Source: an uncultured Anaerolineaceae bacterium (GTDB lineage: Bacteria > Chloroflexota > Anaerolineae > Anaerolineales > E44-bin32). Taken from it: a stretch of DNA of 64,000 nucleotides. The DNA is taken from assembly GCA_964528155.1 (NCBI GenBank), contig CAZGRL010000003.1:37036-101035 (forward strand), given 5' to 3'. Positions within the stretch are counted from its first letter, which is position 1, and each line of letters begins with the position of its first letter. Below are positions 39,915-49,429 of this stretch, one piece after another. The notes beneath the pieces are model-generated. The model was not told the DNA's origin and searched no databases. It saw only the letters and a program-made list of their open reading frames with translations. The position numbers and the translations under genes are program-made.

Positions 39915-41279
39915 ATGCGTCCTGTCTTTGCGATATCAGGGGGTGTCTCCAAATTCGCAAAAGCGCGCCCCGATAAGACATTCCAGGCAGTGATCAAGGA
40001 ATCCTACGACTACGCCATCGACGATTTGGGAATCGACTTCCCCACTTTCACTTCTCTGGTCGACGGCTCCGTCGCCGCTTATTTCTCGGATCACTTCGCC
40101 AGACAACTGATGGCCGGAATCATGGCCCAGGACTACCTGGGATTGTGCCCCAAGCCCAGTCATCGTGTCGAAGGAGGCGGCGCCACCGGCGGGCTGTGTT
40201 TCCAGGAAGCCTGGAAATCGATCGCCTCCGGTCACATGGACGTCTGCGTCGCCTACGGCTTTGAGACGATGAGCCACGTCGAGACGTGGAAAGGGAACGA
40301 GTTTATCGCCCTCGCCTCCGACGTCTCGTGGGACTACCCCGTCGGAGGTTTCTATTCCGGCTATTACGCCATGATGGTCACTCGCCACATGAAGGAATTC
40401 GGCACAACGGTCGAGCAGATGGCGGCGGTGTCCGTCAAGAATCACATCAATGCCTATCACAACCCGTACGCGCAGAAACGTCATCGATACACCATCCAGG
40501 ACGTGAGGGAATCCCCGATGGTGGCCTGGCCTCTCACCCGACTCGATATCTGTGTGATGTCGGATGGCGCGGCGTCCGTCATCCTGGCCTCGGAGGACGG
40601 TCTGCGCCGGCTAGAAGCCGCCGGGGCCTCCATCCGGCGTCCGCTGGCACGGATCACGGGGATCGGCCGCGGCACCGACGCCATGCGGATGGCCGACCGA
40701 CCTCATGTGGATTACGACACTTTCATGCGCGACTACGCGACGGAGAAGGAGCGTTCATCCGACGATACACACAAGTACTACAAGAACCTGTGGGATCATG
40801 GCACTAGGTACCCGGGCGTGCATTCGTTCCGCGCTGGCCGGACGGCCGGGAACATGGCCTACAAACACGCCGGCATTCAGGATCCTCTACAACAACTCGA
40901 TTTCATCGAGCTTCATGACGCCTACACCTCGAGTGAGATCCAGACGTACGAGGATATGGGCCTGTGTCGCTACGGTGAGGGAGGGCCCTTCGCCGAATCA
41001 GGCAAGGCCTTCATGCCCGGCGTCGATTACGGGATGAAGTTGCGCGACCAACCCGAGTGTCCCGTGAATCCTTCCGGCGGATTGATCGCCTGCGGACATC
41101 CGGTCGGCGCCACCGGACTCATGCAGGCCGTGTTCGCCATTTGGCAGCTCCAAGGCACGATCGAGAAACACTTCGACGACAAGACGCTGCAGGTCCAAGA
41201 TGCCCGTCGCGGGGCGATCCATTCCCATGCAGGTACAGGAACCTACGTGACCATCAGCGTTCTGGAACGGGAGGAGTAG
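39915..41279 (+). CDS. Thiolase-like protein (SCP-x / archaeal-type acetyl-CoA C-acyltransferase family)
   Basis: ATG at 39915, after AAGGAGG. MRPVFAISGGVSKFAK..., NPSGGLIACGHPVGATG. Confidence 0.85.
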   Translation: MRPVFAISGGVSKFAKARPDKTFQAVIKESYDYAIDDLGIDFPTFTSLVDGSVAAYFSDHFARQLMAGIMAQDYLGLCPKPSHRVEGGGATGGLCFQEAWKSIASGHMDVCVAYGFETMSHVETWKGNEFIALASDVSWDYPVGGFYSGYYAMMVTRHMKEFGTTVEQMAAVSVKNHINAYHNPYAQKRHRYTIQDVRESPMVAWPLTRLDICVMSDGAASVILASEDGLRRLEAAGASIRRPLARITGIGRGTDAMRMADRPHVDYDTFMRDYATEKERSSDDTHKYYKNLWDHGTRYPGVHSFRAGRTAGNMAYKHAGIQDPLQQLDFIELHDAYTSSEIQTYEDMGLCRYGEGGPFAESGKAFMPGVDYGMKLRDQPECPVNPSGGLIACGHPVGATGLMQAVFAIWQLQGTIEKHFDDKTLQVQDARRGAIHSHAGTGTYVTISVLEREE

Positions 41280-41282
41280 TCC

Positions 41283-41831
41283 ATGTCGAAGATCCCCGAC
41301 AAGCGACCTGAGAGCCTGGGCGGGTACGTCATCCACGGTGTGCCGTTTCCGACAGATACAGATCCCGATGCGCTGGCATTCTTGAAAAGGCTCGCCCCGA
41401 TCCAGATCGAGCAGAAGTACCAGATCACTTATCTGCACTCTTACGGACAGGACAGCCCGTGGTTCGCCGCAGCGACCAATCGAAAACTCCTTGCCACGCA
41501 CGACGCCGACAGTGGATACACTTATGCCACGCCTCGCGGGCATGACATGTACAGCGGCAAGGAAACGGATTGGATTGACATCAGTGACCGGCCGGCCAAA
41601 ATCCATGCCTTCACCGTGTGTCATTTTGGCTCTGAGGAATTCCTACCGGAGACACCCTTCGTGTTGGCGCTGATCGAATTCGAGGACGTCAACACGCTCT
41701 TCCTGACACGCCTCCTGGGGGTAGACCCCGATCAAGCAACGTTGGACTGGATCGGGATGTCTGTTGAGCCCCGCTTTCTTCGCAACAGCAAACTCAAACC
41801 GACGGACGTCTATTTCGTCCCGGCCGGCTGA
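41283..41831 (+). CDS. DUF35 OB-fold protein (thiolase partner)
   Basis: 182 aa, 3 nt after the thiolase stop. PFVLALIEFEDV...RLLGVDP OB-fold core. The usual Cys4 zinc ribbon is not evident. Confidence 0.75.
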   Translation: MSKIPDKRPESLGGYVIHGVPFPTDTDPDALAFLKRLAPIQIEQKYQITYLHSYGQDSPWFAAATNRKLLATHDADSGYTYATPRGHDMYSGKETDWIDISDRPAKIHAFTVCHFGSEEFLPETPFVLALIEFEDVNTLFLTRLLGVDPDQATLDWIGMSVEPRFLRNSKLKPTDVYFVPAG

Positions 41832-41849
41832 CACGGGGAGCGGGTTCGA

Positions 41850-42578
41850 TTGCCTTCGACACTGCCTCGCGATCATCCGAACCTGGTTGCGGCTGCCTCG
41901 CGATTGAGGCGCAACTTGTGGATCTGGGCGGGGCTGTTCCTGGCGATGGCCGTCCTGATTTACACCGCGCTCGGTTCCGCGCACATCCTCCGGGCGGCAC
42001 CATGGATCATCGGCGCGCTGCTCTTCATTTTCGGCCGCCAGCCTGCCTTCCTCGCTCTCGCCAGCATCTTCTGGGGACTTGAGCTGATACACCTGGTGCC
42101 GGGAGCCGAGGCCGCGCTCGGACCCAATCCCCTCTCGGCCTCACTTGGATCGAGCCCCCTCGAGATACTGGGCTACGCAGTTCTCGAAGCGGTCATGCTG
42201 ATCACCGCCTGGAATCAGTTCATGTTCTACCGGATGCTGTACGGGACCCAGGGCTTCACCGGCCTCGATTCTGAAGCTCCTTTGATCCCCGAAGTCGTCC
42301 CTAATCAGACCTCGCGCCTGGCGTGGACTGCCCTCATCCTGGCCCTCGGGAGCGTGATTGTCACTGCTGCCGCAATCCCCCTCGCCCGCCAGGCGAGATC
42401 AGTGTTTGCGGTCGACACAGCTCTGGGCCTGTCCGAGCTCGCCATGGGGCTTGGTCTGGGCGTGGCCTTCTCCCCGACGACCCGGCGCAGGTTAGCACTG
42501 GCAGGCACGCTCATCGGCGCTGTGGGTTTCGCCTTGAGCCTGGCCATTAACCAGGCGCTGGGTGGAAGCGGGGCCTGA
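41850..42578 (+). CDS. Polytopic membrane protein, unknown function
   Basis: 242 aa with about 6 hydrophobic helices. Same reading frame as the next two ORFs. Confidence 0.55.
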   Translation: MPSTLPRDHPNLVAAASRLRRNLWIWAGLFLAMAVLIYTALGSAHILRAAPWIIGALLFIFGRQPAFLALASIFWGLELIHLVPGAEAALGPNPLSASLGSSPLEILGYAVLEAVMLITAWNQFMFYRMLYGTQGFTGLDSEAPLIPEVVPNQTSRLAWTALILALGSVIVTAAAIPLARQARSVFAVDTALGLSELAMGLGLGVAFSPTTRRRLALAGTLIGAVGFALSLAINQALGGSGA

Positions 42579-42581
42579 GGG

Positions 42582-43091
42582 ATGACCGGCCAGCCTCAGG
42601 CGACACCGACATCCGAGCTGGGCCTGCAGACCGGCCAGCACCGGCTTCGCCGACTCCTCCGCCTGGCGTATCCCGCCCTCGGCCTGACCGGCCTGCTCGC
42701 CACACTCGCTCTGTGGGCGTTCGCCACTTGGCGTTGGTTCTTCGCTTACTCCACCTACGGTCCTGCGCTCGTCTGGCGCGTTGCGTTTCCTATCGTCTTG
42801 CTCAGCGTGGCCACCCTCGCTGCCGGTCTTGTTGGAGTCCTGGCCAGGATCCGGCTCGGGCCGCTGGTCGTCACAACCTACGAGAGAGGTCTGACCGTCC
42901 GTCGGGGTCGGCGGGGTAAGCTCATTCGTTGGGGTCACATTCGCTATCTGCGCACGGCGGCGGTGCGCTACGGTTTCTCCGGATTGAGTTGGGGACGACG
43001 GGCTTCGATCACGCTCGCGCTCGACAGCGGGGAGAAGCTCCGTTTCACAACGGCCCTGACAGACATCGAAGGCCTGATCGCTAATGTGTAG
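42582..43091 (+). CDS. Membrane protein with 2-3 TM helices and a soluble beta-rich tail, unknown function
   Basis: 169 aa. ATG lies one codon after the upstream TGA. Ends at a TAG that is in frame with ORF 43098-43370. Confidence 0.55.
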   Translation: MTGQPQATPTSELGLQTGQHRLRRLLRLAYPALGLTGLLATLALWAFATWRWFFAYSTYGPALVWRVAFPIVLLSVATLAAGLVGVLARIRLGPLVVTTYERGLTVRRGRRGKLIRWGHIRYLRTAAVRYGFSGLSWGRRASITLALDSGEKLRFTTALTDIEGLIANV

Positions 43092-43097
43092 GGCAAT

Positions 43098-43370
43098 GTG
43101 TATCCGAGACTGTTGGACGAATACACACGCGAGTTTAATGACGGTCACGTGCTCAGTTTCGGTCCGCTGACGCTGTCCCCGCAAGCCATCCAACGGGGCC
43201 GAAGCCGACTCGAATGGACGAATCTTGGCCGCGCCTCACTTGAGAACGGGAGGCTGGTGCTGACACCTCGCCCTGCGGCAGAGGGTTCGAAGATCCGGGT
43301 CGAGGCCGGACGAATACCGAACGTCGACTTGTGTTTGCAGTTCATCCAACAATTGAGCAGGCAGATTTGA
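43098..43370 (+). CDS. Hypothetical protein, possibly the C-terminal part of 42582-43091
   Basis: 90 aa from a GTG two codons after the in-frame TAG, with no separate RBS. The sequence ...LIANV-TAG-GNVYPRLLDEY... reads continuously. Confidence 0.4.
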   Translation: MYPRLLDEYTREFNDGHVLSFGPLTLSPQAIQRGRSRLEWTNLGRASLENGRLVLTPRPAAEGSKIRVEAGRIPNVDLCLQFIQQLSRQI

Positions 43371-45871
43371 AGGGCATTCAGAGCGCGCCTCCCCGTTCCT
43401 TCAACCGATCGCGATTGTCGCCGCTGGTCGCCTCGCTGCTCCTCACAGCGTGCTCTTTGATCGCCTCTCCAACCTCGATGAACACCTCGCCTCCCGAGGC
43501 GAGCCAGGTTGCCCCTTCCGGGACCGTCGATCTAAATCTCACTGTTTCACCTCCAGCCGGTACGCCTACCGATGCCCGCGTCGTGCTGGTATTGGTCGAC
43601 GAAGTCAGCGGACTGCCATTCAACAGGCAAGAGGTCCTGATGCAACCGCAACCCGACGGCAGGTGGCAGGTAGCCGTCAACCGGCCCGTGGACTCCGTGC
43701 TCCACTACAAGTACGCGGTTCGAGGGAGCGTGAACGCAGATGAAGTCAACACTCGGGGTGGCGTCATCCGTTACCGAACGCTTTGGCTGCCTTCGGCCAT
43801 CACCGTCGATGACCTGGTCGCCGCTTGGGCTGGCAGTACGTATTCCGGCCCGACCGGACGCATCGTTGGCACGGTGGTCGACTCCAATTCGGGCGGGCCG
43901 TTACAGGAAGTCATCGTCAGCGCGGCAGGCGTCTCGGCGTTCACCGACGGACAGGGGGAGTTTCGCCTGGATGGCCTTGAACCTGGTCTATATACGCTGA
44001 CCGCTGTCAGCGCGGACGGTTCTACGGTTCCCTTCCAACAGGGGGCCGTGGTCGCAGCGGAAAGTGCTACCCCCGTTCGCCTTGCGCTGCACCCGGCCGT
44101 GCCCGTGCAAGTAACCTTCGAAGTCGAGATCCCGGCGGACACACCCTCCGGGATGCCCTTGCGAATGGCCGGGAACCTTCGCCAATTCGGTGACCGTTTC
44201 GCCGACATTCCCGGCGAGACGGGCGGCACCATCGGCAGTATGCCGACGCTGGTCCAGGTCGACGCGAGTCACTACATCCTGATCGCTGATCTGTTTTCTG
44301 GCACTGACTTCCACTACAAGTACACACTCGGGGACGGACTGTGGAATGCCGAGCGCGATGAGCAGGGTTTTCTGACCACACGTCAACTGATCATCCCTGA
44401 GGAGGATACGGTGACCCAGGATGTGGTCGTATCCTGGTCGACTCCAGGAATAGGGCCGGTGACCTTCAATACCCACGTGTCCAACTCGGACGCGCGGGAT
44501 CTGTCGCTGGGATTGCAGTTCATGCCGTCAGATGGGTTTCAACCCCTCCCTATGTCGCCAAGTGGTGAGGGCTCCTGGTCCTATGTCCTGTATGGCCCTT
44601 TGGATGTCCAAGGACCACTGGCCTACCGGTATTGCCGAATGGCGGACTGCTCCCGAGTGGAACCGGGTGGGACAGGCGAGTTGGCCACACAGCCCCGGGG
44701 CGTCAGCCCCTCGACCGATCCGTCCGAAGTGAACGATGATGTCACGTCATGGGTATGGCAGGCAGGGCAGTCTCCGTTGCCGGACATACCGACAGCGGAG
44801 ATCGAGCCTCGCCCGGGTTTCGAGGCGGGCGTGGAGCTGCAGCCAGATCCCGATCCGAACTCGATCGCCCTCATGGACGCGACCCTGGGTGAGATCGCTG
44901 ATGGTGGCGCCAACGCGGTCACACTTACGCCGACCTGGGAGCTCAGTCCGCCCAATCAATCGCCGATGATGGCTTTCGATCCGAGTGATGCACTGTTCGC
45001 AAGTGAGATCGAGGCGGAAATGGCCGTCGCGCACAGTCTCGGGCTCGAGGTCACTATTCGGCCGATCCTTTCGGCTCCCGGTGGTGATATTGGCCAGTGG
45101 TGGCAAGACTCCGCGCGGGATACGCCATGGTGGAAAGCGTGGTTCGAGGACTATCGCAGCTTCCTGCTGACCTATGCTCGGGTTACAGCCGATGGTGGTG
45201 CCGAAAAGCTCATCATCAGTGGATCTGAACTGGCGCCGGCATTTCCCCAAGGCGTATTGCAGGACGGATCGCTCGCCGGCGTGCCACCCGATGCGGAAAA
45301 CCACTGGCTTGAGATCATCGACGATGTGCGAGCCGCCTTCCCCGGGACCGTCGTCTTGGAACTGGAACTCGCTGACGGTCTGCAGCCGCCTCCAGCGTTT
45401 GTCGATGCGGTCGACCAGATTCAGATCTACTGGCATCCAACGCTCGCGGCGCAAGGAGGAAGATCCTTCGACAGTTTCCGGGCGGAGGCCGGACGCTGGA
45501 TGGACCAGGCCGTTATCGGGGAGCCCCGGCTGGCCGACAAGCCACTCATCCTGAGCGTGGAATACCCGTCCGTCGAAGGAGGGACCGACGGATGTGTCCG
45601 AAATCCGAGCGGCGACTGCTATTTGGCGTCTGCCTTCGCCATGGGGGCAATCCCCGACCCAGCTCTCCCCCTCGATCTGGAATCCCAGGCGCTGGCATAC
45701 AGCGCGGTACTCATGGAAGCCTACAGCAGGTCCCAGTTCAGTGGGTTCTACGCCCGCGGCTACAACCCATCTGCCGCCTTGCAGGACCTCTCCACTTCCG
45801 TGCGCGGCAAGCCAGCTCAAGTTGTATTGTGGTATTGGTTCTCACGCATCAGCGGTAAGGTTGCACCGTGA
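43331..45871 (+). CDS. Large secreted lipoprotein with a CarboxypepD_reg-like domain and a possible glycoside-hydrolase-like TIM barrel
   Basis: Lipobox LLLTAC. GRIVGTVVDSNSGGPL...TDGQGEFRLDGLEPGLYTL. The start is uncertain: a TTG at 43367 overlaps the upstream TGA. Confidence 0.65.
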   Translation: MFAVHPTIEQADLKGIQSAPPRSFNRSRLSPLVASLLLTACSLIASPTSMNTSPPEASQVAPSGTVDLNLTVSPPAGTPTDARVVLVLVDEVSGLPFNRQEVLMQPQPDGRWQVAVNRPVDSVLHYKYAVRGSVNADEVNTRGGVIRYRTLWLPSAITVDDLVAAWAGSTYSGPTGRIVGTVVDSNSGGPLQEVIVSAAGVSAFTDGQGEFRLDGLEPGLYTLTAVSADGSTVPFQQGAVVAAESATPVRLALHPAVPVQVTFEVEIPADTPSGMPLRMAGNLRQFGDRFADIPGETGGTIGSMPTLVQVDASHYILIADLFSGTDFHYKYTLGDGLWNAERDEQGFLTTRQLIIPEEDTVTQDVVVSWSTPGIGPVTFNTHVSNSDARDLSLGLQFMPSDGFQPLPMSPSGEGSWSYVLYGPLDVQGPLAYRYCRMADCSRVEPGGTGELATQPRGVSPSTDPSEVNDDVTSWVWQAGQSPLPDIPTAEIEPRPGFEAGVELQPDPDPNSIALMDATLGEIADGGANAVTLTPTWELSPPNQSPMMAFDPSDALFASEIEAEMAVAHSLGLEVTIRPILSAPGGDIGQWWQDSARDTPWWKAWFEDYRSFLLTYARVTADGGAEKLIISGSELAPAFPQGVLQDGSLAGVPPDAENHWLEIIDDVRAAFPGTVVLELELADGLQPPPAFVDAVDQIQIYWHPTLAAQGGRSFDSFRAEAGRWMDQAVIGEPRLADKPLILSVEYPSVEGGTDGCVRNPSGDCYLASAFAMGAIPDPALPLDLESQALAYSAVLMEAYSRSQFSGFYARGYNPSAALQDLSTSVRGKPAQVVLWYWFSRISGKVAP

Positions 45872-45901
45872 ATCACGTGGTGCTCGATTGATCCGGAGGT
45901 A

Positions 45902-47869
45902 ATGATGAGCGCCGAGCTTAACTTCGGCGGGGAAATCGTCTGGCGGCCGAGCCCGGAAATCGTCGAGCGGGCGAACCTCACGCGTTTCATGCGCACGCAC
46001 GACATCGAGTCTTTCGATGTGCTGCTCAAACGGTCGGCGCGCGACGTTGCGTGGTTCACCGGAGCCGTCATCGATTTCCTGGGCGTGCGCTTTCGCACGC
46101 CATATGACCGTATCGTCGATCTGTCGCGAGGGATCGCCTGGCCCCGATGGTGTCCCGGTGCCGTGATGAATATCACCGACAGCTGCCTCGACAATCACCT
46201 CGACACGAACACCGCTCAGAATTTGGCGCTCATCTGGGAGAGTGAGGAGGGCGCATCGGTCGAGCTCACCTATGCCGAACTCACGCGAGAGGTCAACCTT
46301 ACGGCGAACGCGCTGCGCGCGCTCGGCCTGGGCAAAGGCGACTCGATCGGCCTATTCATGCCAATGGCGCCGGAGGTCGTGATTGCGCTGCTGGCGATCG
46401 CCAGGATTGGCGCCGTCATCCTCCCCTTGTTCTCGGGCTATGGCGCCGGGGCAGTCGCCAGCCGGCTGGCCGATGCCGGGGCGCGTGCCCTGATCACAGT
46501 CGACGGCTTTTTCCGGCGCGGCCGGATTGTGCCCATGAAGCAGATTGCCGATTCGGCGGCGGCGAGAGTTCCGAGCCTCGAGCACATGATCGTGCTTCGG
46601 CGGACCAGCGTCGAGGTGGGCATGCAGCCCGGTCGCGATCATTGGTGGCACGAGATCATCAGAGCGCAGTCGGACGAAGCGGAAACCGAGGCGACGTCGG
46701 CCGAAGACCTGCTGATGATCATCTACACATCCGGAACAACCGGCCGCCCCAAGGGCGCCGTCCACACTCACTGCGGCTTCCCGATCAAGGCCGCCCAGGA
46801 CATGGCTTTCGGGATGGACGTTCACTCCGGCGATCGGATTCACTGGATGACGGACATGGGCTGGATGATGGGGCCGTGGTTGGTCTTCGGCGCGCTGTTG
46901 CTTGGGGCGACGTGTGTCATCTACGATGGCGCCCCGGATCATCCCGGGCCGGATCGTGTCTGGCAGCTTGTGGAGAGCCACCGTATCAACAGCCTGGGAG
47001 TATCACCGACCTTCATTCGCGCGCTGATCGCACACGGCGAAGAGCCGGTGAAGCGCCACGACTTGTCTTCGCTGCGCCTCTTCGGCTCCACCGGCGAGCC
47101 GTGGAACCCCCAACCCTGGATGTGGCTCTTCGACGTCGTCGGCGAACGCCGGCGCCCGATCATCAACTACTCCGGCGGGACCGAAATCTCAGGCGGGATC
47201 CTGATGGGGAACCCAATCCTGCCCTTGAAGCCGTGCGCCTTCTCGGCCCCTTGCCCGGGGATCGCCGCCGATGTGTTCGATGAGAACGGTCAGCCGATCC
47301 GCGGCGAGGTCGGTGAATTGGTGATCAAAGCACCCTGGATCGGGATGACCCGCGGATTCTGGAAGGACCCGGAGCGATATGAGCGCACATATTGGTCGCG
47401 CTGGCCCGGCGTCTGGGTCCACGGTGACTGGGCCGCCGTCGACAACGATGGGATGTGGTACATCTTCGGACGATCCGATGACACGATCAAAGTCGCCGGG
47501 AAGCGACTCGGTCCGGCCGAAATCGAGTCCGTCCTGGTTGAGCATTCGGCAGTCATCGAAGCGGCGGCGATCGCCATCCCTGACCCGATCAAGGGGGGCG
47601 CCCTGGTGTGCTTCTGCGTCCTGGCGGGAGAGCGTGATGCCTCCGGCCTTGAGGCGGAGCTGATTGAGCTGGTAGCGGGGGAGTTGGGGAAGCCTCTCGC
47701 GCCGCGTGCGGTTCACTTCGTGGCGGACCTGCCGAAGACCCGCAACGCCAAGGTGATGCGGCGTATCCTTCGAGCCGCCTTCCTCGGAGAAGACCCGGGC
47801 GATACGTCGTCGCTTGTTAATCCCGAGTCGTTGGAGGCGATCCGGCGCATCCGGCAGGCGCAGTCCTAG
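45902..47869 (+). CDS. AMP-forming acyl-CoA synthetase (acetate/propionate/acetoacetate-CoA ligase family)
   Basis: 655 aa. [42 protein letters not shown] lies before ATGATG. Confidence 0.88.
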   Translation: MMSAELNFGGEIVWRPSPEIVERANLTRFMRTHDIESFDVLLKRSARDVAWFTGAVIDFLGVRFRTPYDRIVDLSRGIAWPRWCPGAVMNITDSCLDNHLDTNTAQNLALIWESEEGASVELTYAELTREVNLTANALRALGLGKGDSIGLFMPMAPEVVIALLAIARIGAVILPLFSGYGAGAVASRLADAGARALITVDGFFRRGRIVPMKQIADSAAARVPSLEHMIVLRRTSVEVGMQPGRDHWWHEIIRAQSDEAETEATSAEDLLMIIYTSGTTGRPKGAVHTHCGFPIKAAQDMAFGMDVHSGDRIHWMTDMGWMMGPWLVFGALLLGATCVIYDGAPDHPGPDRVWQLVESHRINSLGVSPTFIRALIAHGEEPVKRHDLSSLRLFGSTGEPWNPQPWMWLFDVVGERRRPIINYSGGTEISGGILMGNPILPLKPCAFSAPCPGIAADVFDENGQPIRGEVGELVIKAPWIGMTRGFWKDPERYERTYWSRWPGVWVHGDWAAVDNDGMWYIFGRSDDTIKVAGKRLGPAEIESVLVEHSAVIEAAAIAIPDPIKGGALVCFCVLAGERDASGLEAELIELVAGELGKPLAPRAVHFVADLPKTRNAKVMRRILRAAFLGEDPGDTSSLVNPESLEAIRRIRQAQS

Positions 47870-47948
47870 ATGTCTGGCCTTGTGTGTCTGATTACCCGCC
47901 TCACCCCCCTGCCCCCTCTCCGCCTGGGATCCTGGCGACGCCCCAGGT

Positions 47949-48007
47949 GATGTTCAAGTGAAGGTGTGGGAGCGGCTTCGCCGCTCCCACACCTTCACTT
48001 GAACATC
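47949..48007. repeat. 28-bp perfect hairpin flanked by C-rich and G-rich tracts
   Basis: GATGTTCAAGTGAAGGTGTGGGAGCGGC-TTC-GCCGCTCCCACACCTTCACTTGAACATC. Upstream tract CCCCCCTGCCCCCTCTCCGCC, downstream tract GGTGGTGGAGGACGAGCGGGAG. Confidence 0.85.
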
Positions 48008-48108
48008 CGTCCCCCGGGCGGGATCGGTGGTGGAGGACGAGCGGGAGATCCTTCCCTTGGTCTCGTGAACGAGTGAGGTTCGACACCTGATGGCACGCTG
48101 CCAGAAGT

Positions 48109-48220
48109 GGTAGGTTGATGGTGTTGGTGATCATGACGGAAGACCGGGGACGGGGGACGGGACAAGCCGGCGGGGCACCGAAGGATGGTTATCCGGTCGT
48201 CGGTCCCCGGTCGTCGGTCA
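48109..48220. repeat. Heptanucleotide-periodic tract of 16 units in one phase
   Basis: GGTAGGT TGATGGT GTTGGTG ATCATGA CGGAAGA CCGGGGA CGGGGGA CGGGACA ... CCGGTCG TCGGTCC CCGGTCG TCGGTCA. Confidence 0.7.
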
Positions 48221-48261
48221 TGGCTGGGCTCGCCCAAGTCACAATCTAGCGAGAGGCAAAC

Positions 48262-49413
48262 ATGGACTTCGAACTGAATGACGAGCAACGCATGTGGCGC
48301 CAAGCCGTCCACGACTTCTGCGCCAAAGAAGTCGCGCCATTGGCTGCCCAAATGGACTCTTCCGGTGAGCTTGACCCAGGTCTTCTGGAGAAACTGGCGC
48401 CCCTCGGATTGCTTGGGCTCAATGTGCCGGAGGCGTACGGCGGCGCCGGTGTGGACGCCATCAGCACCGCAATTGCCATCGAGGAGCTCGGGTGGGCCTC
48501 GGGCAGCCTGGCCCTCTCCGTATCCGCTCACAACGGCCTTGCCTCTGCGCCGATTGCCCTCTTCGGAAGCGAGGAGCAGAAGCAGCGTTGGCTGCCGATC
48601 CTGACTGGAGGCGAACACGGGCTGGGGTCGCTGGCCCTCACTGAGCCGGGGGGTGGGTCGGATCTGGTCGGGGCCGTGCAGACGCGCGCCGAGCTCGACG
48701 GTAATCAGTGGAGGATCAACGGGAGCAAGGCCTGGATCACCAACGCCAGCCTGGCGCCGCTGATCGTCACCTTGTGCCGGACGGACGCCGGCGGCGGATC
48801 GCGGTCGCTCAGCTTGATCGTCGTCCCAACGGACACGCCCGGCCTTGCCATACATCCGGCCGAGAAGAAGATGGGTGTACGCGGCTCACCGTCGCACGCG
48901 TTGAGCTTCGAAGATGTGCAGGTCCCGAAGGATCACATCCTGGGTGAGCCGGGAAGAGGTCTGTATCAGACCCTCGAAGTCCTCGACGGGGGGCGAATCG
49001 GAATCGGCGCGTTGTCCGTCGGCCTGGGTCGCGCCGCGCTGGAAGTGGCCTCCACCTATGCTCGTGAGCGTGAGGCATTCGGGCAAGCGCTGGCCATCCA
49101 TGCCACTATTCAGACGATGATCGCCGACGCCGCGACCCAGATCGATGCCTCGCGGCTGATGATCTACCGGGCAGCGTGGCTGAAGGACGCCGGTCTTCCG
49201 TATACGCGTGAGGCGGCCATGGGGAAGCTGATGGCGACGGAGGCTGCAGAGCGGGTTTGCCGGGATGCGATCCAGATCCTCGGCGCCTATGGCTACAGCA
49301 GTGAGTACCCGGTCGAGCGCTTCTATCGCGATGCGCGCGCCATGACGATCGGCGAGGGGACGAGCGAAGTGCAACGGATGGTCATCGCCAGGAGAGTGCT
49401 GGGGCTGTCGTGA
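48262..49413 (+). CDS. Acyl-CoA dehydrogenase
   Basis: 383 aa. LTEPGGGSD, YRDARAMTIGEGTSEVQ. Confidence 0.9.
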   Translation: MDFELNDEQRMWRQAVHDFCAKEVAPLAAQMDSSGELDPGLLEKLAPLGLLGLNVPEAYGGAGVDAISTAIAIEELGWASGSLALSVSAHNGLASAPIALFGSEEQKQRWLPILTGGEHGLGSLALTEPGGGSDLVGAVQTRAELDGNQWRINGSKAWITNASLAPLIVTLCRTDAGGGSRSLSLIVVPTDTPGLAIHPAEKKMGVRGSPSHALSFEDVQVPKDHILGEPGRGLYQTLEVLDGGRIGIGALSVGLGRAALEVASTYAREREAFGQALAIHATIQTMIADAATQIDASRLMIYRAAWLKDAGLPYTREAAMGKLMATEAAERVCRDAIQILGAYGYSSEYPVERFYRDARAMTIGEGTSEVQRMVIARRVLGLS

Positions 49414-49429
49414 ACACGCGAACCCGGCT

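Noticed and set aside
41838-41860. tRNA-like GGTTCGA T-loop strings, here and at about 48078
   Set aside because: No flanking acceptor or anticodon arms are present, and the spacer here is only 18 nt. I found no tRNA genes in the window.
43089-43091. Pyrrolysine decoding of the in-frame TAG, or genome-wide TGA reassignment for the TGA cases
   Set aside because: No pyl context is present. TGA and TAG clearly terminate many well-supported genes here, for example TGA for GT2, parB and murA, and TAG for the ATCase-like gene, folD and yidD. Only site-specific recoding or pseudogenisation remains plausible.
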